A DNA stretch of 53,150 bases, taken from the IMG/VR virus record IMGVR_UViG_3300028586_000785. The stretch is one strand, 5' to 3'. Position numbers and translations under genes: made by a program. A model generated the notes under the pieces. That model ran no database searches. It saw only the letters and a list, made by a program, of their open reading frames with translations, and was not told the DNA's origin. Below are positions 40,468 through 49,071 of the stretch, piece by piece; within the stretch, counting starts at the first letter, position 1; every line of letters begins with the position of its first letter. Origin of the DNA: an uncultured virus (IMG/VR IMGVR_UViG_3300028586_000785) (Duplodnaviria; Heunggongvirae; Uroviricota; Caudoviricetes).

Positions 40468-40540
40468 TGGAGTCTAGGAGAATCGAACTCCTGACATCCT
40501 GCTTGCAAAGCAGGCGCTCTACCAACTGAGCTAAGACCCC
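40468..40540 (-). tRNA. tRNA-Ala(TGC)
   Basis: Cloverleaf. Confidence 0.95.
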
Positions 40541-40748
40541 GAACAAAACCGGCATTTGAGAAGTGCGTATCTAAACTCGGGCTTCTCGCGGTAATCTCTT
40601 ACCAATTCACCTGACCTCTCGCTTTCACGCTAGGTCCAACTCGCTTGCCGGTGTCGGAACAAACCTTGCGGTTCATGCCTAGCATCTTCTAGTTACAAGC
40701 AGAAGATGCTATCTATAAATCCCAGGTCTAAGACCCTTCGTTGTAACG

Positions 40749-40822
40749 TTGCGGGGGATGGATTTGAACCACCGACTTCTAGGTTATGAGCCTAGCGGGC
40801 TACCGAACTGCCCTACCCCGCA
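40749..40822 (-). tRNA. tRNA-Met(CAT), initiator-like
   Basis: TGCGGGG-TA-GGGCAGTTCGGTAGCCC; CAT anticodon. Confidence 0.9.
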
Positions 40823-41010
40823 TCACTGTTCCTCGATACTAGCACAGAGGCTATGCTCTGCACAATAGTTCGTGGAAGATAAATGGTCTCGCTGCGAGGA
40901 TCGATCCCCGCACTGCCTTGGACGACAGCCAATGCCCGGGCGACTGGTAAGGGGATATCACTCCCTACCGCACTGACTGCGACTGTACAATCTACGTCAG
41001 TAACCATAAG

Positions 41011-41084
41011 CACCCCGTACCGGATTCGAACCGGCATCTTTACACATATATGCAAACGACATTCTCCGTTAGTCGCAACAGGGC
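41011..41084 (-). ncRNA. tRNA-like RNA with 6-nt anticodon loop (TATATG)
   Basis: GCCCTGT/ACGGGGT acceptor, CGAC/GTCG D-stem, GCCGG-TTCGAAT-CCGGT. Confidence 0.65.
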
Positions 41085-41163
41085 ACCTTCCAAGTCACCT
41101 TCATCTAGAAATCAGGTGACTCTTCGGTTGAGACGGCTAAGAGCCAGTGGCTCTCACCGTTTG

Positions 41164-41236
<73 letters not shown>

Positions 41237-41354
41237 ATGTGCTGCGCGAAGACTATCTGAGTAAGCTTCCTCATACGACAACCGCAGCTTGCGCCCCGCA
41301 CGGAACAATCATCCCGCCGAACTTGAATCGAGACCTTGCAAAGCCTCTCAACCG

Positions 41355-41431
41355 TACCCCCAGATGGACTTGAACCACCGCCTCCCGCCACACACGGACG
41401 AGCGCTCTGTTCTCTACTGAGCTACAAGGGT
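41355..41431 (-). ncRNA. tRNA-like RNA with aberrant D-loop and anticodon loop
   Basis: GCTC-AGTAGAGAACA-GAGC (no GG), CTCGTC-CGTGTGT-GGCGGG, canonical T-arm. Confidence 0.6.
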
Positions 41432-41548
41432 ATAACTGGATACTAACCCGACCCAGCACAGGCATCAAATTGTTCTACATGAGGTTTGATGAACTCGCGT
41501 CTTGTTCGTAACCCCGTCAAGCTTTAGGGGCATTGTTGCAACATTGCG

Positions 41549-41622
41549 TGCCAACTACCGGAGCCGAACCGGTGACCTACTGCTTTTCAAACAGTCGCTC
41601 TGTCCAACTGAGCTAAGATGGC
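41549..41622 (-). tRNA. tRNA-Phe(GAA)
   Basis: Cloverleaf. Confidence 0.88.
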
Positions 41623-41750
41623 AAGTGGGTTGATTACGCCTCAGTAGTTCAACCCTGGTGCAAAAGACCTCCTGAGGAAGGCTACGTAGTGTCTTTCGCT
41701 AGTTATCTAACCCTCCAATGGTTCCGGAGTGCGGAGTCTTTGGGTTATCG

Positions 41751-41824
41751 TGACGCTGACGGGACTTGAACCCGCAACCTTCTGGCTGAGAACCAGATGC
41801 AACTGCCAATTGTGCTACAGCGCC
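41751..41824 (-). tRNA. tRNA-Glu(CTC)
   Basis: Cloverleaf. Confidence 0.92.
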
Positions 41825-42033
41825 ATAACAACTTTTCGCATCAGGACGATTAGCCCCTGCATCTCACCAGAACTAACTAGTGCGGATTTCTTTATCCCAT
41901 GCGATGTTGTGTTCCTAGTGTGGTCTATCAACCGGCTCCCTACACCGGAATCTCCCGCCCTCGGCGGTTGGGTTGGACTTTCCCTATTGACATGTGTTTT
42001 TCAGGAGACACTAGTACGTCCTGCACATTTACT

Positions 42034-42063
42034 ACCTTACAGTAGTAGCTTCTCTCTTGTCAA
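42034..42063 (-). promoter_or_regulatory. sigmaA-type internal promoter
   Basis: TTGACA-18-TAAGGT. Confidence 0.65.
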
Positions 42064-42088
42064 GTCGAAACAAGAAGTTTTTGAAACG

Positions 42089-42163
42089 TAGCGCAGACGG
42101 GACTCGAACCCGCAACCTTCGCCGTGAAAGGGCGATGCAACTAGCCGATTGTGCTACTGCGCC
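42089..42163 (-). tRNA. tRNA-Glu(TTC)
   Basis: Cloverleaf. Confidence 0.92.
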
Positions 42164-42404
42164 AAACACTAAGCTGAGTATGACCAACTTAGGATGCCGA
42201 TGGATACATCATCATGCGCAGCGGTCAGATATTCACCCGACATTCCTACACAAAGCGTTCCACCTCAATATCAGCAACCTCCGGCAAGAGGTTTCATACT
42301 GCTGTCCTAGGGGTATACGGGCTAATACCTAGGAACCCAAAATGACCTTGCCGGGTCATCCCGTTAGATAATGAGTGTAGTCAAGACCTTCCTCATCATC
42401 TTTG

Positions 42405-42478
42405 TCGCTCAGGGCAGACTCGAACTGCCGCATAACACCGTTATGAGCGGTGCGCCTTACCATCTTGGCTACTGAGCG
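42405..42478 (-). tRNA. tRNA-CAT (Met or Ile2)
   Basis: Cloverleaf with CAT anticodon. Confidence 0.88.
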
Positions 42479-42628
42479 TCAGAAGTCCATCGTACTGTCA
42501 TCACGACGTTCGATGGACCTGATTGGTGATGCATGATAAGCGTGCAATAGCAATCACCGGGCAACATCATTACAGCAACGGCACTCATTGCAACTACCAT
42601 TGCACCGGTAGTCCTGTAAATCAGTGCG

Positions 42629-42710
42629 TGCCCGATGAGAGACTTGAACTCTCACGTCCGAAGACACAGGAACCTAAATCCTGCGTGTCTGCCAATTTCA
42701 CCAATCGGGC
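42629..42710 (-). tRNA. tRNA-Leu(TAG)
   Basis: Cloverleaf with long variable arm. Confidence 0.95.
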
Positions 42711-42714
42711 ATTC

Positions 42715-43039
42715 TGGTGGTCCCTAGCCGGACTTGAACCGGCACCTCCGCCATCCTAATCGCATACGCTGGGCGGCGCTCTACCTAAACCCACCTTCAC
42801 AAGCCTTCCAGTGCGCTACTGACCTCCGATAATCACCTTTGCTAGTTCTCGTCTTACTCACGCAAGCAGTGTTCCCACAGCCTGTCAGGGGTTTCGCCTG
42901 ACTCCTTTTTATAGCTTATGCGATTGTTACCGTAAGCTCTTACTTGCGCTTTCTTCCGAGTTTCACATCGGCTTTCTCTTTGGTGTTTACACACCTTGTT
43001 TCTTGCTCCAACACCAAGGGTTCATTGAGCTATAGAGAA
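42715..43039 (-). ncRNA. 325-nt CCA-ended tRNA-scaffold RNA with ~237-nt D-loop insert
   Basis: TTCTCTA-TA-GCTC-AAT[GAACCC...GGGTTT]AGGTA-GAGC-G-CCGCC-(19-nt loop)-GGCGG-AGGT-GCCGG-TTCAAGT-CCGGC-TAGGGACC-ACCA. Confidence 0.75.
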
Positions 43040-43099
43040 AATCTAGGTCCAAGTGTCATCTTATGCTTCCTGGTAATCAGGGCTGCTTGAACTCTATTG

Positions 43100-43190
43100 C
43101 GGAGAGGGTGGGATTTGAACCCACGGTAGGATGTGACACCTACGGCAGCTTTCGAAACTGCTGCACTAAGCCGGACTATGCGACCCCTCC
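43100..43190 (-). tRNA. tRNA-Ser(CGA)
   Basis: Cloverleaf with long variable arm. Confidence 0.95.
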
Positions 43191-43364
43191 AAAACTCATG
43201 TGAAGCTATCGATGGGCAGTTCCTTTCGGAATACATCACCTGCCGTCAACGTCTGCCGACGTATGAGACGACTCGATACCACTTCACACCATCCACAACA
43301 GCGATACCATGCTGTTCGATGACTTTCTAATCCCTTTTTGGTATCTGAATCAGAACATAATTCG

Positions 43365-43438
43365 GGTGGACGACGGGGCTTGAACCCGCGACATCCGGCT
43401 CCACAAGCCAGCGCTCTACCAACTGAGCTACGCCCACC
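43365..43438 (-). tRNA. tRNA-His(GTG)
   Basis: Cloverleaf, G-1:C73. Confidence 0.95.
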
Positions 43439-43478
43439 ATATCATTGCAACAAGCCAGTCACGCCGGTTGCGAACCGA

Positions 43479-43597
43479 CGACGCTTGGGGATTCGAACCC
43501 CGCATACAATGATGTGCTGCAAGTTTTCGGCTTTTCGTAACCGCAATGGGGTTGCGCCCCATCAGCCCCTCTACATAGGCTGTGAACTTACGAGCGT
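43479..43597 (-). ncRNA. tRNA-scaffold RNA with three hairpins in the D-loop
   Basis: ACGCTCG/CAAGCGT, AGTT/AACT D-stem enclosing CAGCCT..GGGCTG, ATGGGG..CCCCAT and CGGTT..AGCCG; GGGG-TTCGAAT-CCCC. Confidence 0.55.
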
Positions 43598-43871
43598 TCT
43601 TTTTTACATCTGAACGGGCATCGATTGCATTCATTTGCCTCGGTGCTTGAAGTGATGGTGTATTCGCACAAGGGTTCACATAACCCCTCCCTCGGATTTG
43701 CCGTCTGCGACGATAGGCTCCTAGGACCGATCCGGTGTACAAGTGTGGAAGAACGCCTCTAATCGCATCTCTACGTTCTCAGTAAGACTCACCCATGCGA
43801 TGCGATTTCTCTACATACCTTGCGGCGTACATGGAAGCCTTGCCTTACTGCAAGTACCCGAAGGTACTTTG

Positions 43872-43944
<73 letters not shown>

Positions 43945-44141
43945 GTATGTCGAAAGAGTGATCAAACCCTTCCGACCCGAAACAGCCGAAGCCATTCCGT
44001 AGATTTCCTAACGGGATCAACCGAAGCATCTTCTTGACGTAAGACACCTAGAATCGCAACGACTTAAATTCAGTTCAATGTCGTCATAGAACAGCCATTC
44101 ACCCAGGCTTACCGGGACTTTCGTTTGGAAGACGAGAAGTG

Positions 44142-44232
44142 CGGAATCGGAGAGATTTGAACTCTCGGAACCCTTTGAGGGGTTCGCCACCTTTCCAAGA
44201 TGGTGCACTCGGCCAGACTATGCGACGATTCC
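44142..44232 (-). tRNA. tRNA-Ser(GGA)
   Basis: Cloverleaf with long variable arm. Confidence 0.95.
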
Positions 44233-44428
44233 ATAAAGCCTTTTCAGTAAAGACCGCGAGCTATTGCAACACGGCACCCCATCTGAGTCATCCAAGGCAA
44301 TTGCTCCTTTCAGTGGTATCACCGCCGATGTACTTTCTGACGGTTAGCCAGAAGTTGCATCAACGGTGCTGAATTGAGCGAGGACTAAAATGTTCTCCCA
44401 TACCAAGGGTTACTTAGATTAGCCTTTG

Positions 44429-44517
44429 CGGAGTCGGAGAGATTTGAACTCTCGGTACCCTTTCGGGTACTCCACCTTAGCAGGGTGGTGCACTAAGCCA
44501 GACTATGCGACGACTCC
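44429..44517 (-). tRNA. tRNA-Ser(GCT)
   Basis: Cloverleaf with long variable arm. Confidence 0.95.
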
Positions 44518-44589
44518 ATTTTGCTCAACCAACTTCGTTGAGCTTGTTTCCTCTTTTGTGTTTTCAAGATTCGTTGTTGCTATAAACCA

Positions 44590-44619
44590 ACCTTAGCAGG
44601 CTGGTTTTCCTTTTGTCAA
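44590..44619 (-). promoter_or_regulatory. sigmaA-type internal promoter
   Basis: TTGACA-18-TAAGGT. Confidence 0.65.
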
Positions 44620-44663
44620 GTCGAAACCGAAGTTTCTTTGACATTTCCTACGACTGTAGGTTG

Positions 44664-44736
44664 TGGACGTTAGGAGATTTGAACTCCTGACCCCTGCCTT
44701 GCAAAAGCAGTGCTCTACCAACTGAGCTAAACCCCC
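44664..44736 (-). tRNA. tRNA-Ala(TGC)
   Basis: Cloverleaf with one G.G acceptor mismatch. Confidence 0.88.
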
Positions 44737-44752
44737 AAGGGCACAAACAGAT

Positions 44753-44908
44753 TTTACGTGACGGGACTTGAACCCGCAAGGAGACTCAGTGTGATATCCA
44801 TTTCTAGATACCCGCCTACTCCGGTGGATGTCGCCCAATGCTTTACAACCCACCGGCTGTAAAGTTTAGGTGCTAGTCCACTGCGTTTGCCAATTTCGCC
44901 ACACGCTA
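44753..44908 (-). ncRNA. tRNA-Leu-like scaffold with inserts in the anticodon loop and variable arm
   Basis: Leu-type D-arm GGCGAAATTGGCAAACGC, GTGGA[48 nt]TCCAC, ~46-nt variable arm, GCGGG-TTCAAGT-CCCGT. Confidence 0.7.
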
Positions 44909-44956
44909 CTGACTGTTTGTGAAAGGGAACGAGCATGTCTGCCCTATTTACCTTTG

Positions 44957-45043
44957 CGGAGCGGGTGGGATTCGAACCCACGGTGGTTTTACCCACGGCA
45001 GTTTTCAAGACTGCTGCACTAAGCCGGACTATGCGACCACTCC
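44957..45043 (-). tRNA. tRNA-Ser(TGA)
   Basis: Cloverleaf with long variable arm. Confidence 0.95.
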
Positions 45044-45362
45044 ATGTTGCTGGTAACTTTCTTCGGTTCGGTCAGTTCCTTTCGGAATACATCAACCTTG
45101 CCGCTTACTTGTCTATAGTCTGACAGAACCCAGCGATTTTGTCAACCCAATCTTATCGCGGCTGATTGGGAGTACCGCATTACCTCACGACGGGATGCCT
45201 TCGCGTCTAAGTAACTCTCCTACCCTATGGCATCAGGATATTGGAGCCAGAACTAATAAGTCTAGTCGGGGCTGCTCACGTTCAACAACCCCTCGGGGCT
45301 TTCACCCTATCCCGGTCATACCCTCCCGGTCTGGACTAAGGACTCTCACCTAAATATGTGCT

Positions 45363-45438
45363 CCTACGTAGCCTGTTACCATGCAGACGACCCATGAATT
45401 GTGGATCGTGCCGGTATCGAACCGGAACTTCTCGTAAG
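45363..45438 (-). ncRNA. circularly permuted tRNA-like element (YrlA/Y-RNA-like order)
   Basis: T-arm CCGG-TTCGATA-CCGG, then ACGATCC-(ACAATTCAT)-GGGTCGT closed acceptor stem, then D-like ATGGTAA. Confidence 0.6.
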
Positions 45439-45444
45439 TGGTAG

Positions 45445-45833
45445 TGGAGATGGCGGGAGTCGAACCCGCGTGTTGCTTGATAAGTCAAAATCTTCTACGT
45501 GCGTAGTCCATTTGGGGCGTTTATCGACTCTGGCGGGTTGGTATGGACACCGGCTCGCTATCGTCTAACTACCATGATTACGATACTTGCTACCCAGTAG
45601 TTAGGCGGCGTATCGGATTCCTCTTTGCTGATGCCTAGTTCCTGCCGTGAATCATTCTGCAATTGGAAGCTGAGACAGACTCCTTAGAGACCCTCAGCGA
45701 TTAAGCTGCGAGTGCGAAGTCGTTGCGAGATGCGTTTGCATTTCTTTTTGCCCGATGTGATTTACGTGGTCACCAGACAATCCACGGCACGCTTCCTTTC
45801 GCCTGTATCAACCAGTCGAAACCAAGCATCCCC
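45445..45833 (-). ncRNA. ssrA: tmRNA, tag (A)ANASRNDFALAA*
   Basis: 5' GGGGATGCTTGGTTTCGAC; 3' GCGGGTTCGACTCCCGCCATCTCCA; tag frame at 45701-45739. Confidence 0.95.
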
Positions 45834-46013
45834 TTTGGTGGACCCCTTTACGGAAAGCCCTGAGTCCAGCCAGCCCGAAGACTCTTTGGACACCGCCTCT
45901 TTCGAGGAAAGAATATGTGAAGATGGGGATGATTAGACTACGCGGGTTCATCCTGACCTTGATACATCAACACCCGGGTCATCTTCCTGACCGTTCTACT
46001 AGATGCTAATTCG

Positions 46014-46183
46014 ATTCCTTGGTGGGGCTTGAACCCACATTCTTGACTACCCGCTGAAGCAGGTCTGTTTTACCAATCTACGAATTAAACTACAGCTACC
46101 ACCAGGGTCGCTGGGAGGATTCGAACCTCCATCTCTTAAGACCTACATATCGTAGGCGCGCACCGCCAATGTGCTTCAAGGAA
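46014..46183 (-). ncRNA. tandem double-tRNA RNA with swapped acceptor strands
   Basis: Two D/anticodon/T-arm sets; outer TTCCTTG/CAAGGAA and inner CAGCGACC-CTGGT-GGTAGCTG stems. Confidence 0.7.
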
Positions 46184-46205
46184 AAATTGCGGCGAAAACG
46201 CCTTG

Positions 46206-46278
46206 CTCCCCCACGTGGACTCGAACCACGAACCGTTCGGTTAACAGCCGAATGCTCTGCCAATTGAGCTACAGAGGA
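46206..46278 (-). tRNA. tRNA-Asn(GTT)
   Basis: Cloverleaf. Confidence 0.95.
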
Positions 46279-46336
46279 ATATGTCTGCGTAGCAATACCG
46301 ACTCTACGGTACGATGCGCGTTACCACACCGTGAAG

Positions 46337-46409
46337 CTCCCCCAACTGGACTCGAACCAATGACCTAGAAGTTAACAGCTTCCCGCTCTACCAACTGAGC
46401 TATGGAGGA
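46337..46409 (-). tRNA. tRNA-Asn(GTT)
   Basis: Cloverleaf. Confidence 0.93.
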
Positions 46410-46572
46410 ATAGAGAGTATCTAGATTTTGAAGTTCATCAGGGTCTTCTCTCAGTTACCCACTAGTAGTGAACAAACATTCGTTTTCACGCATCACCTCG
46501 GGTGACGAACCCGAGACGAATCACGCACTCAAACTCAACACGCCAGTCAGACGCACTAAGCAGTTTGTTACG

Positions 46573-46646
46573 TCGGGATGACAGGATTTGAACCTGCGAC
46601 CTTCCGCCCCCAAAACGGACGCGCTACCAAGCTACGCTACACCCCG
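46573..46646 (-). tRNA. tRNA-Pro(TGG)
   Basis: Cloverleaf. Confidence 0.95.
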
Positions 46647-46694
46647 TGGTGTTTATGTTGTTGCATTGTTGCAAAAGGGTTTTGGAACCCTTCG

Positions 46695-46766
46695 TCGGAA
46701 TAGGGTGGATCGAACACCCGACTTTCAAGCCCCTAACTTGACCGCATACCGCTTGCGTATATTCCG
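46695..46766 (-). tRNA. tRNA-Pro(AGG)
   Basis: CGGAATA/TATTCCG-A Pro-type acceptor; TCAAG-TT-AGG-GG-CTTGA. Confidence 0.85.
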
Positions 46767-46782
46767 AAAATCTTCATTACTG

Positions 46783-46856
46783 TGCGCCTGGCGGGACTCG
46801 AACCCGCACTGTACTGATTTTAAGTCGGCTGCCTCCTGCCATTGGGCTACAAGCGC
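46783..46856 (-). tRNA. tRNA-Leu(TAA), short variable arm
   Basis: GCCGA-CT-TAA-AA-TCAGT; actinobacterial-type short arm. Confidence 0.9.
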
Positions 46857-46900
46857 AGGTAGGCTTCTGACTATGCTGGTTATTCTCAGCCTACAACCCG

Positions 46901-46982
46901 TACCCCTAATCGGACTTGAACCGATACTCCGTGAGGAAGCGCATTTTGAGTGCACCGCGTCTGCCAATTCCGCCATAGGGGC
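46901..46982 (-). tRNA. tRNA-Leu(CAA)
   Basis: Cloverleaf with long variable arm. Confidence 0.95.
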
Positions 46983-47013
46983 ATGTACTTTTGCTCTGTT
47001 GTCTTGTTCCACA

Positions 47014-47043
47014 ACTGTACACCACCGAATCCGATGTTGTCAA
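47014..47043 (-). promoter_or_regulatory. sigmaA-type internal promoter
   Basis: TTGACA-18-TACAGT. Confidence 0.6.
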
Positions 47044-47120
47044 GCTAAGATTGCGGGGTCATCCACCCCATACGGTGATGAGCCGTATGGTTGAGTCATC
47101 ATCTCAATGAAGTATTCCCC

Positions 47121-47207
47121 TGGTGCGCGCGGAGGGACTTGAACCCTCACGTCCTTACGAACACTAACCCCTCAAGCTAGCGCGTCTGCCAATTCCGCCA
47201 CGTGCGC
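47121..47207 (-). tRNA. tRNA-Leu(GAG)
   Basis: Cloverleaf, encoded CCA. Confidence 0.95.
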
Positions 47208-47314
47208 ATATCGTATATTTGAGTCGATACCTCGACTTGCACTATCCAGCTAACCTGACCGCACTGCTACTGTTGTACTTCTTTAAACACCCTCGGTGCG
47301 GAGAGTCTGTTTTG

Positions 47315-47386
<72 letters not shown>

Positions 47387-47484
47387 GCATCCAGAATGCT
47401 AACAGATGGAGCGGCGCGAAATTGTATAGTCACCGTTCTGGAATGCTCGGCGGTTGCATGACCTAAGTCACACCTCGCCTTGTG

Positions 47485-47556
47485 CTCCCCCACCAGGATT
47501 CAAACCTAGACCTAACAGCTCCAAAGGCTGTCGTGCTGTCGTTACACTATGGGGGA
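47485..47556 (-). tRNA. tRNA-Gln(TTG)
   Basis: Cloverleaf. Confidence 0.88.
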
Positions 47557-47605
47557 TCATGCTCTTACGAGCAATCTGCGCACACTAAGATCCGTGCGCA
47601 AGTAC

Positions 47606-47691
47606 ATGATAAGCGAGCAGGAATCGAACCTACCTCTCCTGACGTGCGCCAGACGGTGCCATTACCTTACCAGCGACCTATCTCTTATCAT
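47606..47691 (-). ncRNA. tRNA-like RNA with elongated acceptor and D stems
   Basis: TGATAAGAGA/TCGCTTATCA, extended D-arm, collapsed anticodon loop, GTAGG-TTCGATT-CCTGC. Confidence 0.6.
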
Positions 47692-47695
47692 TACG

Positions 47696-47767
47696 CTCCC
47701 CGACCAGGACTCGAACCTAGAATAACTGGACCAGAACCAGTCGTGTTGCCAATTACACCATCGGGGA
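47696..47767 (-). tRNA. tRNA-Gln(CTG)
   Basis: Cloverleaf. Confidence 0.95.
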
Positions 47768-47884
47768 ATACATGCATTTAGGGCTGCTTGTTCACCACGA
47801 TGCAAAGGAAATTCCCTTAGACTTGACGGCGGTTCGTCACTCTGTAAGAGGCATGTCGTAGGAGCCTCACCCTTGTGTTATGCG

Positions 47885-47958
47885 CTCCCCACCTAGGACT
47901 CGAACCTAGAACCCTTTGGTCCAGAACCAAATGCAACTGCCAATTGTGCTAGCGGGGA
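47885..47958 (-). tRNA. tRNA-Gln(CTG)
   Basis: Cloverleaf. Confidence 0.92.
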
Positions 47959-48117
47959 AGATGGTTATTGAATCTCTTCAATAACCCCTCTGGGACTGAC
48001 ACCAGAGAATTGGGTCGTGATACAAGGTCTAATCCTTGCTAGGGCGTATACAACTCCATGACACCTCGCGGCTTATCAGCGGGTTCATATCACAACAATG
48101 AGGTAGCAAGCTACCAG

Positions 48118-48192
48118 CGTCTATGACGGGACTCGAACCCGCGACTTCCACCGTGACAGGGTGGCACTCTAAACCGACTGAGCTACACAGAC
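48118..48192 (-). tRNA. tRNA-Asp(GTC)
   Basis: Cloverleaf. Confidence 0.93.
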
Positions 48193-48198
48193 ATGTTT

Positions 48199-48271
48199 TG
48201 ACGAAGGCGAGACTCGAACTCCCATGCACGAGTTTTCAGACTCGCTGGCTGACCAATTAGCCCACTTCATC
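48199..48271 (-). ncRNA. tRNA-like RNA with 8-nt anticodon loop (TCTGAAAA)
   Basis: GATGAAG/CTTCGTC-A, GGCT-AATTGGTC-AGCC, GCGAG/CTCGT, TTCGAGT T-loop. Confidence 0.65.
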
Positions 48272-48446
48272 GGGTGAGGATTTCTCCCTCCCTTTTGCAT
48301 CGAGTAGAACCACACCACGGTCCTATACGCGCTCTCACGCCGCATTCTGGTTTATGCTAACTCGAAACCATGACATCCTGCACTGCTAGTTTCTGATTGG
48401 GGTACCTCCGCACAGTCTTGTTCAGCACATTCCGCTTTAGGTTTTG

Positions 48447-48516
48447 TGAGATTTGCTGATTTGAACAGCGTCTCCCACCTCCTCGGCGGGCGCTCTAACC
48501 ATTGAGCTATTATCTC
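48447..48516 (-). ncRNA. degenerate tRNA-like RNA (loop CG-AGG-AG)
   Basis: Canonical D-arm, CCCGC/GTGGG, 4-bp T-stem, two acceptor mismatches. Confidence 0.6.
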
Positions 48517-48621
48517 TGTTCCTTTTTGTGATGTGAACAGCTTCTAACCGCTCCTGTGAGAAGCGGCACCACGAAACCTAACCATCATTTCATCCTGAGC
48601 CTCACAGACCCAGGACTACTG

Positions 48622-48694
48622 CTCCCCCACGTGGACTCGAACCACGAACCATCTCATTAACAGTGAGACGCTCTGCCAATTGAGCTACAGAGGA
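48622..48694 (-). tRNA. tRNA-Asn(GTT)
   Basis: Cloverleaf. Confidence 0.95.
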
Positions 48695-48792
48695 ATATCC
48701 TTTGGTATACGGAAGGAAAGTCCGTGTTCAAGCCTCACTACTGCCTTCGACGAGAGGTCTCGCAGGGATGATGAACATTATCGGCTATACCG

Positions 48793-48866
48793 CGACTCTA
48801 ACGGGACTTGAACCCGCGACTTCCACCTTGACAGGGTGGCACTCTAACCAACTGAGCTATAGAGCC
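48793..48866 (-). tRNA. tRNA-Asp(GTC)
   Basis: Cloverleaf. Confidence 0.95.
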
Positions 48867-48995
48867 AAACGTTGTCAAGCCTTTGTGACCGCTCTGCGAT
48901 CACTAGTACACCGTGCCACGGCGCTTGACTGTTACCCCTTATGCTTTGGACACTTACCTTGTACTTCGGTTCGTGCTACCCGCCACAATGGCATG

Positions 48996-49068
48996 TGCTT
49001 CCCGAGAATTTCGAAATCTCGACCCTCCGGTTAAGAGCCGGATGCTCTATCCTCTGAGCTAGAGAAGC
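48996..49068 (-). tRNA. tRNA-Lys(CTT)
   Basis: Cloverleaf. Confidence 0.9.
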
Positions 49069-49071
49069 GTA

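Noticed and set aside
40813..41007. Small minus-strand ORF MVTDVDCTVAV...
   Set aside because: No clear RBS, overlaps the 5' end of tRNA-Met and has no recognisable motif, so it was left uncalled.
42787..43023. Group I or group II intron interpretation of the large D-loop insert
   Set aside because: I could not find P7/P3 core or domain V signatures by eye, and the insertion site is atypical. Not excluded without a covariance-model search.
45837..45869. Minihelix-like TGGACTC...GGGTCCA-CCA just upstream of the tmRNA
   Set aside because: No T-loop consensus and too short to distinguish from chance.
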